Under the pieces are notes generated by a model. The model was not told the DNA's origin. It saw only the letters and a program-made list of their open reading frames with translations, and searched no databases. A DNA stretch of 64,000 nt from Cyanophora paradoxa CCMP329 (lineage: Eukaryota > Plantae > Glaucophyta): positions 1-64,000 of the forward strand of contig QPMI01000034.1 of the NCBI GenBank assembly GCA_004431415.1. The letters are read 5' to 3'. Positions 48,314 through 58,020 of this stretch are shown here, in pieces. Position 1 is the first letter of the stretch. Each line of letters begins with the position of its first letter. The translations under genes and the position numbers were made by a program.

Positions 48314-48465
48314 TCTCCCACAACGGTCCGGCTGGTCTAGCGGCGTGCGAACACACGTCGCGTTGGCCTTGCTGATCTAACCCATGTGGGGAACATAAAC
48401 GGAAAGCAAAAAGCACTTGTGCTCGATTTCTATTGACAGCACGAGTCGTCGTCTTTCCCACATCA
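48314..48465 (+). ncRNA. Box H/ACA snoRNA, copy 1 (two predicted LSU rRNA pseudouridylation pockets)
   Basis: Hairpin-H(ACATAA 48393-48398)-hairpin-ACA(48460-48462). Pockets ACGGTC/AACCCA and CAAAAAGC/CGTCGT lie 13-14 nt from the boxes and are complementary to conserved LSU sequences. Confidence 0.88.
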
Positions 48466-48526
48466 TGCCTTTGCAGTATCTGCCCCCCGCTCTCCCAGTT
48501 CTGTTTTCTTTCTGGCATGCCGATGC

Positions 48527-48679
48527 CACCTCGTAACGGTCCGGCTGGTCTAGCGGCGTGCGAACACACGTCGCGTTGGCCTTGCTGATCTAACCCATAC
48601 GAGGCACACAAAAAGGAAAGCAAAAAGCACTTGTGCTCGATTTCTATTGACAGCACGAGTCGTCGTCTTCCCGACAATC
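48527..48679 (+). ncRNA. Box H/ACA snoRNA, copy 2 (paralogue)
   Basis: Same pockets, H box ACACAA 48606-48611, ACA 48674-48676. Basal stem is CCTCGTA/TACGAGG (compensatory relative to copy 1). Confidence 0.88.
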
Positions 48680-49210
48680 CCCACTGATCTCCCGTCGAAG
48701 TCATAGCACTGCCATCTACCTTACCCGCATGCCTAATGCCTAGACCATTGGCATCGGACTGCTGGATTTGTATGCAGCGGACGCCGCCCCAGCGCCTGTC
48801 AAGTGCACAGTGGGTCTTCGAAAGCCGTGCAGAATTCGAAGGCGCTTAGACTTGATTCGTCATGAAATACCCTACAGCTGCAGGGATTCAACAAAACAGG
48901 CTAGTTGTACGTATACAGAGAACATGAAAATTACAGGAGAGGAAACTGTGAATACAAGGGAGAAAGTTCGCCCAAGCTAGAGAAATTGGGGCAGTTAGCT
49001 GCAGGCGCTTGAACAATGCCGCGGTGCGAGCGATGTCCGGTCCTTCTTGAGCAATGACGAGCGAGCTCTTCGATGTCGCATCAGCTGCCCCCCGCCGCCT
49101 CCGATCGATCGCGCGCCGCCTCCCGCCTCCGCCGCAACTTGTCAGAGCTGCAGAAATTTAGACGCGGCTGCGAGCACCAAATTCAGCGGGCTGGTGCACA
49201 CCTGAAGCTC

Positions 49211-49689
49211 TTACTTCGCGACAGCGCTGGCGGGCTTCTTGTCGTCGCTGTTGTAAACGCTGAGGCGGCCCTCGCGCATGACCATCTTGTCCTCGGCGTT
49301 CGGTGCCTTAGAAGGCGTCGCCGCTGCGCGTTCGAACTGTCAGAGAGCGGCTGACAGGAGTAGCTAGCATTAAGCTCCCGCAAAAAGCGCACGTTTCGAG
49401 CGCAGGAGCGGGAGCGCCGAGATACCCTGCGCGTGCCGTGAGCACGTCAACACGGCGGGGCGCAAAAGCGCCGTGCGTGGCGTACCAGAACGAGCGCCGT
49501 GCCTGTGCAGCGACAAGGTGGCACACAAGGCGCGCGGCGTTGCGTTAGCTGAGAGCCGGCGAGCCGGCATGGCGGCGGCGCTGAGGTGGCGCGGGGCGGC
49601 GCAAACGTACCAAGAGCCACGTAGAGCTTCTCCTTCGGGCCATTGGACATGCTCCACATAAGCGATTGTGTCTTCTTGGCGTCCGCCAT
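49211..49689 (-). CDS. ~80-aa single-pass membrane microprotein
   Basis: Four exons splice in frame: MADAKKTQSLMWSMSNGPKEKLYVALG|TALVL|GISALPLLRSKP|ATPSKAPNAEDKMVMREGRLSVYNSDDKKPASAVAK*. Confidence 0.6.
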
Positions 49690-49996
49690 GGCTCTGTGCG
49701 GAAAGCTTCCACGTAAGCTCTTTGAGATTGCGATTGGGAGGTTGCTCGCTCGAGAGCAGCGAGGACGGACCTCGGCGAAAGTGAGCCGTAGCCGGTGCGG
49801 GTCCCCCCCCCCCCCCCCCCCCTCGGCCGCGTGTGGCGTGTATTGCAGGCCGAAGAGAGCTAGCTGGCAGTGCAGCGCGGCCAATCGGCATCGGCGGCCG
49901 CGTGTGTTGAACGCTGAGCTGAGCAGCATCGGTCGCTTGAGCGTGACAGCTGCAGATAGCGGCGAGTCTGTAGCTCACAGCGCCGCGCGCGGTGCG

Positions 49997-51387
49997 ATGG
50001 CGCTCCCGGAACGCGGCTGGGGGCTAGCGCTCCTGCCCGCCGCCGTGCCGCCGCAGTCCGGTCCGACGTGCGGACTCGTCGCCCTCTCTGCGGCCGCGGC
50101 CGCGGCCGGGGCGCGGGCGACGCTCAGTGAGGGCGCGCTGGTCGAGCGGGCGCGCGCCCTCGGCTTCTCGAACGAGGGGGAGATGTTCTCGGCGGCGGAG
50201 CTCGCTGCGCTGGGGGCCGCCGTCTACGGCCCGGAGCTCGAAGTCCGCTGCGCGAGCGAGTGGTCGCCCTCGCTGGTCTGCCGCGAGCTGCTCGCCGGCC
50301 GCACTGTGCTTGTCCCGTGCGTCCCCGTGCACCGCTGCACTCCCCGACCCCGCCGCGCCGCGCCGCGCGCGCGCTGACCGACGGGCCCCCGGGCAGGTAC
50401 GACGCGGACTACAACAACGAGCCGGCGGTCTTCGGCGGCGCGCGGGCGCACTGGTGCCTCCTCGCGGGGCTGCTCCTGCCCCTCGAGGACCCGCAGCTGG
50501 AGGGGCTCGCCCTGCGGCCCAACCCGCTCAGCGACCTCGTGCTCGACGTACCCCTCCACGATGGCGGCCCCTCCGCACCACCTGCCGACCTCCCGCCCCT
50601 CCCTCCGCCTGCCCCCGACCGCCACCCGGCGCCCCCCAACTCCCAGCCCCCTCGGCCCGCTGCGGAACGGCCCGGCGGTGCCGGTGCCGGCGGGGCGGGG
50701 CCGGAGGGCGGCGTCGGCGATGGGGAGGGCGGGCGGCGGGGGGTGCGGGGCATGATCGACTGGTGGAACGCCTCTTCTTCCTCCTCCTCCGGCAGCCGCG
50801 CCCCTGTCCCCCGCCCCGCCCCCGCCCCGCCCCGCCCCGCAGGCCGCCCCGGCCAACGGGAGGGGCCCTCGAGCCGCCCCCCGCGCAGCCCGCCCGGCCT
50901 CGGGTGCCTCCGCGGGGGCGGGGCGGCGGGCGGGCCGGCCGGGACGTGGGCTCGACGCTGCTGCGGTGGCTGCGGCAGGCGGGGGCGCCCGCGGGAGGCC
51001 CACGTGGTGGCCCTGCACGGCCGCACCGCCCACGCCGCCGTCTGGCGCCTCGCCGCGCTGCACGAGTCCAACGCGAGCCTGCGGGCGGCGCGGCGGGACC
51101 GCCTCGAGGCCGGCCGCTTCCGCATCCCCGGCGACCTCGCCGCCCTCCGCGGCCACGCCGTACTTTGCGGCCGGCCCTCCGACCCTCCTCCCCACGAGCC
51201 CCGGGCCCCACCGTTGGGCTCTCCTTCCGCCGCGCCCCACGCGAGCCCCGCTCCGCAGCCCGTCCCCAGCGGCACCGGCAGCCAGCAGACGGCTAGCCCC
51301 GGGGGGCGTAGGTGTAGCACAGGTCAGCATCAAACATGCACTAGATCTAGGTCAGAGGCAGCAGAGGAAAAGCTTTCAAATGCCTAG
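49997..51387 (+). CDS. ACTMAP: Actin maturation protease (C19orf54/UPF0692)-like cysteine peptidase
   Basis: QSGPTCGLVAL, ARALGFSNEGEMFSA, VLVP|YDADYNNEP..GARAHW, HG..VW..LHESNASL. Confidence 0.85.
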
Positions 51388-51483
51388 AGATGATTCGAAG
51401 AAACGCGCGCAAAAGGGCCTAGGAAACGAGCGAATTCGAAGGGGGTTAAGGGATGGAAGAGGGCGCCACGGGCGAGCAATCAA

Positions 51484-52712
51484 CTAGCGTGGGGAGGAGG
51501 AAGGCGGGGGCTGCGGGCCCCGCTCGTGGCCCGGGTAGGCGCTGAAGAGGACGGGGCTGTGGACCGACTGCAGGGGCTGCAGGGAGGCCACGGGGGGCAG
51601 GGGGACCGACGCGCCGGAGACGAGGGAGGAGGGCGGCGGGAGGGGAGGGGGGAGGGGCGGGGGGAGGTGCGGGGGGAGGGGCGGCGGGGCGGCGCTGGGG
51701 TCGTGGTGGTGGTGCATGGCGGGGCCCATCTCGGGGAGGTGCGGCGACTGCGCGTAGTGCCCGTGCATGACGATGGAGCGCAGGTCCTCGAGGCTCACCG
51801 CCTCGTCCCGGTGCTGCCGCCCCCTCAGCGGCCGCGCCCGCATAGCAAGGGGCGGGGCCGCGCACGCGGAGGATGCTGGATATCGCCTGGAAGCGGCCCA
51901 GGGCGTCGTTGAGGACCTCCATCGGCGAGTTGTAGCGGATGTGGTAGAGCTTCAGCTCGTTGCGGAGCATGCGCACGAGCTCCGCAATGCGCGTGAACTC
52001 GTTCGCCTGCAGCGTGAAGCCCTCCGCATGGAACGACTCCCGCAGACCGCCGCCCCCGCCGTTCTGCCGCTTCTGCTCCTGCGGCGGCTCGTCGTCGTCC
52101 AGGTTGTCGCTCGCCCTCCGCTTGTACGTGCGAGCCGCCTGCGAGCCGCCCGCCTGGAACTCCGCCCGCACATTCTCCGGCACCTTATCGCAGGCCGCGA
52201 GGTGCTGCTTCATCCGCGTCGTGTTCTTGCGCTGCGGCGGGCGGTGTCACGCTGGAGGTCGCCAGCAGGCGTTGCGATCGAGAAAACGGGGTGGCGGGCG
52301 CGAAGTGGCTTAGCTAGCTTCTGGATTATCGGGCCAGCGTGCGCAGGGGCGGAACGAGATGGATGGGCGCGCGCGCGGTCACCTTCAACCTCCACTTGCC
52401 GCAATGAAGGCAGATCACAGGGCCGAACTCTTTATCTTTCTCGGGGAGCTCGAAATGGTCGTCTGTCTTGAACGTCGACCTCGAGCTCTTACGGCGCTGC
52501 TGGTCCGGCTGCTGGTCCCGATCCTCCTCGCCCGAAGGCGACTCTCCATCGTGCCCCAGCGCATCAGCGTCAATGGAAGCGCTCGGCCTCCGAGTTGGCA
52601 GGGTTGGAGGCATCGGCAACGGCTGCGGCCGCCATCCAGTGTCGGGAAGGGTTCGAGGCGAAGAGTCCAGGGTGTCGGAAATCGGTGGGTGTAAAGAGCT
52701 TGATGAGCTCAT
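51484..52712 (-). CDS. BED zinc-finger protein without transposase domain
   Basis: Spliced VICLHCGKWRLK|RKNTTRMKQHLAACDKVP (C-x2-C-x15-H-x3-C), then a helical segment and His/Pro-rich tail. Confidence 0.75.
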
Positions 52713-52956
52713 CTCCAGCTTTCGCCGGTGTCGCCAAGAAAACTCTCGATCGCTAAGCTCTGTTCAATGGGTACCCATTGTCCAGGAACTTTCCCATTTC
52801 CCTCGGGAAATTTGGAGAATTTCCCGCAGGCGGCGGCTGGTGAATTTCCCGCAGGCGCCGGCGGCAGTAGTACTATCCTATAGGCTATAGCGAGCCTACA
52901 GCTGCTGGGCCGCCGATCGCAATCAGCGCTGCTAGATAGATCTGCGGCCGCCTGCG

Positions 52957-55562
52957 ATGGGGCACGCACAGAGCGCCATTGGGCGGGCGTTCGACGCGAC
53001 GGCGCGCACGGTCTTCAAAGGGCGCAAGATCCGCGTGGTCATGGTCCGCTTCGCGCCCTCTGCCTGCGGCGTCCGCCCCCGATCCGCGCCCTATAGCTGG
53101 GCCTCCGCCGATGCAGCGTCGCGGCACGTACGCGCGCCTAGTCTCCGCTCACGCTTCCCCGGGCGCAGGTCGGCCTGGACTCGGTACGCGGACATATGCC
53201 CCTGCGTGTGCCGTCGACGTCCTGCGCCAATGCATGTCCTGCGCCAATGCATATCGGCATGACCGGTACCGCCGACTCCACGCCTAGATCTAGATCTGTG
53301 TGGGGCGCCGATGCTGGCCTGCCGGCCGCGGGCCATAGCTAAGCGCTCCTGCAGGGAGGGAAGTCGACGGTGCGGCGCCGACGCGTCTGGCCAGCGCCAC
53401 AGCGCGCGGTCCGGCGCGCGCGAGGGCCGCGGACATTCTGATTTGGCTTGGCGGGCGGCGGTGCGCGCGCAGGTGCTGTACCGGTTGAAGCTCGGCGAGA
53501 TCGTCACGACGATTCCGACGTGAGGGCGCCGGCTCGGGGCGCGGCCGGGCCCCCCCGTCGCCGACGCTCCGCGGCGCGCGGGGGCGGCAGGATCGGCTTC
53601 AACGTGGAGGAGGCGAAGGCGGACGGCGTGACGGTCACCTCGTGGGACATCAGCACCCGCGGCACCGTCCGCCCGCCCCGCCCCAGCGTCGGCCTCGCCG
53701 CCGATCGCTGCCCGCTCCCCTGCGCGGCCCGCAGATCCGGCCCCTGTGGTGCGCCCCTCCCCCCCCCCCCCCTTCCCCCCCCCTCCCAAAGCCGGGGCGG
53801 GGATGGACGCGCGGGGGGGCAGGCGGTACTACTTCAACGGGGTGGCGGCGCTCATCTACGTGGTGGACGCCACCGACCGCGACCGCCTCGCCGCCTCCCT
53901 CGACGAGCTCTTCAGGCGCGCCCGCCCCGGCGCCCCCGCCCCGCGCCGCCGGCCCCTGAGGCAGCGGGCGGGGGGGTAGGGTGCTCTCGGAGGTGGAGCT
54001 TGAGCAAGCAGTGCTGACAGTCTTCTGCAACAAGCGCGACGTCCCGCGCTCCATGACAGGCGACGAGCTCCGCGCCAGGCCCGCCCCCGCGCCCCCGCGC
54101 GCCCTCTGGCGGGGGCCGGGGCTCACGCGCCGGGGGCCGCAGGATGGAGGAGCGGGAGGAGCGGCAGCTGCGGGACCTGCGGGGGCGGCCGTGGCGGGTC
54201 TTCGAGACGGTGGCGACGACGGGCGCCGGCATCAAGGAGGCCCTCGAGTGGACCGCCGACGCCGTCGCCCGCCAGCTCGTCCGCACCCCCCGCCCCCCGC
54301 CCAGCCCCGCCCGCCCCTCAGCCGGCCCCGCCGGCGCAGGCGGCGGAGCAGGGGGCGGCGGAGGGCGTCGGGGGCGTGCAGCGCCTCACGGAGAAGCAGC
54401 TCGGCCTGCCGCCCCTCGTCGCCGTCCGCCCCGCCCCGCCCCGCCCCGGGCCTCTTCCCGCGCCCCACCGACGGGCCGCAGCGGGGGGACCCGACGACGG
54501 AGACGGCGGCGCAGGCGGCGCAGGCCATCGACGAGTCCCGCCGCCGCACCCGTGCCAACTTCGCCCCGGGGTCCGCCCCGCCCCGCCGCTCGCGCCCTCC
54601 CCGGCCCGTCCAAGCCCGGCTCGACCGCCGGGCTGCGGGCAGGTGGTTCCGGGACTTCGAGGCGAGCAACGGGAAGACGGACGGGCAGCTACGGGAAGAC
54701 TTCGAGCAGGGCCGCCTCACCTACGACACCCTCGGCCACGGCACCATGGTCCCCGCCCCCCGCCGCCCCAGGCCCGCCCCGGCCGACGCGCCGCAGATCC
54801 GCGTGATGTGGATGCTGCTCTCCGAGTCGGCGGCGGAGCGGGCGGAGAAGGGCCAGGGGCGGCGGCGCGCCGTGGACGCGATCCTCGGGGGCGTGGAGGC
54901 GGCGCACCGGCGCTCGGGCCTCGTCTTCCACCTGACCCTCACCTACTTCTGGCTCCAGCTCGTCGACCTCGCCGTCCACTCCCCGCCCCACGCCCCGTCC
55001 GCCCCGCCCCTCCCCCCTCCTGCTGCCCGCCTCGGCCGACGCCCCCGGGGCCGCCCGGCGCAGGGGCAAGGAGGAGGAGGACGCGGCGCGGGCCGAGCAG
55101 CTGCAGCTCGAGGCCCGCGCCGCCCCACCCGCCCGCCGGCCCGCCGGATCCGAGCTGAGCGGCCGGCGCGCGCAGGCGGCGTGCGAGGCGGAGCCGCACA
55201 TGGCCGCCTTCCGGCGCTTCCTCGTCGCCAACCGCTTCCTCGCCGACGACGTGCCCCGCCTCCTCCCCCGCTCCCGCCCCCGGCCCCCGGCCCCCCGGCC
55301 CCGCGCGCTCAGCTTTCCCTCCAGGGCCTGCCGGTCAGCTTCTACTCGCACGAGCTGATCTTCCGGGACCCGCGCTCCCCCGCCGAGTTCGTCCTCCCCG
55401 ACCTCAGGGTACCCCCCGCCCCGCCCCTCCCACGGCCCCTCCCACGGCCTCGAGCCTCGACGGCGGGCGTGACGGGGCGCGCAGCCCCTCCCCTCCATCC
55501 TCTCCTTCAGCCGCAAAACCCTCCTCCGCCCGCCCCGCCGCCTCCCCGCCAAGCCCGCCTGA
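52957..55562 (+). CDS. ARF/ARL-like GTPase domain fused to an uncharacterised C-terminal helical domain
   Basis: MG start, VGLDS|GGKST, LKLGEIVTTIPT|IGFNVE, IRPLW|RYYF, IYVVDATDRDRL, CNKRD. C-terminal FHLTLTYFWLQLV..FYSHELIF..FVLPDLRPLPSI. Confidence 0.85.
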
Positions 55563-55743
55563 CCCGAGCTCGGAGCGCCGCCCGCCCGCCCCCGCCCGGG
55601 CCCCATCCCCCAGCAACGAGAATGCTTGCGCGCGTCTGTTGGCAAGAGCACACAGGGAAGAGGGGCCTGGGAGACTCGAAAGTTCGGGGTGCGCGGTGGG
55701 AAGAGGGAAGGGTGCAGGGGAGAAGGGCAGGGCGCAGGGGGTG

Positions 55744-57766
55744 TTAGAAGGCGCGGGAGATGTCGTCGGCGGCGGCGAGGTAGTCGGCGAGCTCGCGCTG
55801 GACGACGGTCTCCGTGAACTCGGGGAAGTCCCCGAAGAAGGGGTGCCGCAGCAGGTCGGCCGCCGTCACCGCCCCGCCGGCCTCCCCGCGGCACGCCCGC
55901 AGGATGTGGGCCAGCACAGGGCTCACCCCCAGCTCCCCGATCCCCGGCAGCTCCGGCCGCGCGCGCGCCGCCCGCTCCGCCGCCGCCGCCTCCTTGCGCC
56001 GCCCCGCCTCCGTCACCTTCTTCGCCTCCTCCGCCGCCCGCGCCGCCAGCCGGTTCGCCGACGCCGCGGGGGCCGCCGCGCCCGCCTTCGTGGGCCAGCG
56101 GCGCGCCGCCTCGCCCTCCCACTCCTCGTCCTCCTCCTCCTCGCCGGCCCAGAGGCCGTAGACGTGCGCGGGGGCCCGTGGTAGACCGAGTGCGGCGGGA
56201 AGGAGCTGCGCGCGGCGGCGGCGCCGGGGCCGGAGGCGGGCGGGCCCCGGGCCGCGCCAGCCGGAGCCGGGCTGCGGGGCGGGGGCGGGGGCGCCGGGGC
56301 GCTTGGGGACGACGCCGGAGAGCATGGAGACGAGGAGGTCGGCGAACTGGCGCAGCAGCGCCCCCTCCATCTGCCGCGCGAAGAGCTGCCCCTCGGGGCC
56401 CATCCCGGGCGCGTTCCGCCCGGGCCGCTCGGGGCCCCACGCCAGGTTGCGGAGGGTGAGGCGCCAGCCGCCGCCGGAGATCCAGACGGAGGCGGGGCCG
56501 ACGGGCCGCTGGAGGGTCAGCGTGCAGCGCCCGAGGAGGTCGTCGAGGGCGCGGAGGAGCTCGCGGGCCCAGAAGCGGAAGAGGATCTGGTCCTCGGGGA
56601 TGGGCCCGCCGCGGCGGAGGAGGGCGGCGAGGGAGCGGGAGGCGGGGAGGTGCTCGGTGAAGAAGAGGACGGCGCTCGGGTCCGTGACGTCGTCCGAGCC
56701 GAGGTAGCGGGGCACGCGCGGCGAGAGCGCCAGCTGCCGGTGCGCGTCGAACGTCCGGAACACCGCGCACGACACGTGGTACGGCACCTGCCCGCCCCGC
56801 GCCAGGTCGGGCCCGCGCCGGCGGGGCGGGGCGGGCGGGGCGGGGGGCGCGCACGCCGACGCGGGGGACGCGGAGGATCTCGACCTTGATGCCGCTGTCG
56901 GTGGCGGAGCCGGCGACGCGCTGCATCCCGTGCTCCATCTCCGCCAGCACCACCGGCTTCTTGTCCCGGTCCCGGTAGAACGCCTCCCGCACCTGGCCCC
57001 GCCCCCTCGCCATCGGCGGCCGCCCGCGCCGCCGCCCGGGCGGGGGCGCACCTGGTAGCGGCCGAACTCGGCGTCGATCTCGGCGGCGTGGCGGCGCTGG
57101 TAGGCGAACGGGTCGGGCGGGAGCACGCTCGACGGGCCGTCCCCGCGCTTCTGCTCCTCGTCCGCCGCCGGCCGCAGGCGGTCCCAGAAGAAGAGCCGGT
57201 TCTCCTCGTCCTCCAGGCGCTGCTGGCCGGGCGCCTTCCCGCCGTCGGAGATCGCCGCGTGGATGTCGCCACCGGCGTTGCGTATGCCCTGCACCAGCGC
57301 CAGCACCTGCTCCGCCGTCGCCTCGTCCATCTGCTCGATCTTCCACGCGTGCACCATGTCCGCCACGTCCTGCGCGGCGCTCGGCTCGCGCGGCCGAGGG
57401 GGCGGGTCGGCGGGCAGGAGTCACCTGGGCTCGCTCGAGGCAGTCCCCAAGCAGCCTGGCGCATGCCTTCGAGTAGTCGCGGTTGTAGCGGTGCATGAGC
57501 AGCTCAAGGAAGACGTTCCAAGTAAACATCTCCCGCGGCTTGCGCCCCGTCCACAGCTTCAGCAGGTCCACGCGGTCGCTCTCCAGGATCTTGCCGTGCT
57601 GCTGCAGCAGGTCCACGAAGGCCGCCCAGTGAGCGTCCGTGGAGAGGGCCTCCATCCCGCCCGCGGCGCGTCGGAACAGCTCTCGGATGGGCTCCAGAGC
57701 GTCCCTCATCCCGCCGGAAGGCGCTCCGGGCGCGTGCTCCGCTGGGGGCGCGCTGGCAGCGAGCAT
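55744..57766 (-). CDS. Protein-kinase-fold pseudokinase
   Basis: PRVPRYLG, LFFTEHLP..SLAALLRRGGPIPE, FWARELLRALDDL, TAADLLRHPFF. No HRD or DFG motif. Confidence 0.65.
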
Positions 57767-58020
57767 TTTTTTTGAACTGAGGCGCGCCCAACGGCCCTAG
57801 CTGCGGCTGCTCAAAGAGCCAGTTGCCTACGCCTGTCTACTGAATAAGCGTGGCCGCGAGGCTGGGCGTCGCTCGCTGGCTGGGCGGTTCAAACACAAGA
57901 GCACGCGGGTTCGACTCGGGCCCGTGGCACATTTTCGTGGCGGGCAGAACGCCGGCGCCCGTGAATGAGGAGGCCCTGACGCGCACTATCGTAGTACGGA
58001 GAAGTGATCGACAAAGAAGC

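Noticed and set aside
48314-48679. Direct repeats as a CRISPR array or LTR pair
   Set aside because: Eukaryotic context, only two ~150-nt units, no TG..CA ends or internal ORF; better explained as snoRNAs.
57880-57935. tRNA T-loop/B-box-like GGTTCGACTC (and GGTTCAAAC)
   Set aside because: Flanks do not form a T-stem or cloverleaf; it lies in a divergent Pol II promoter spacer.
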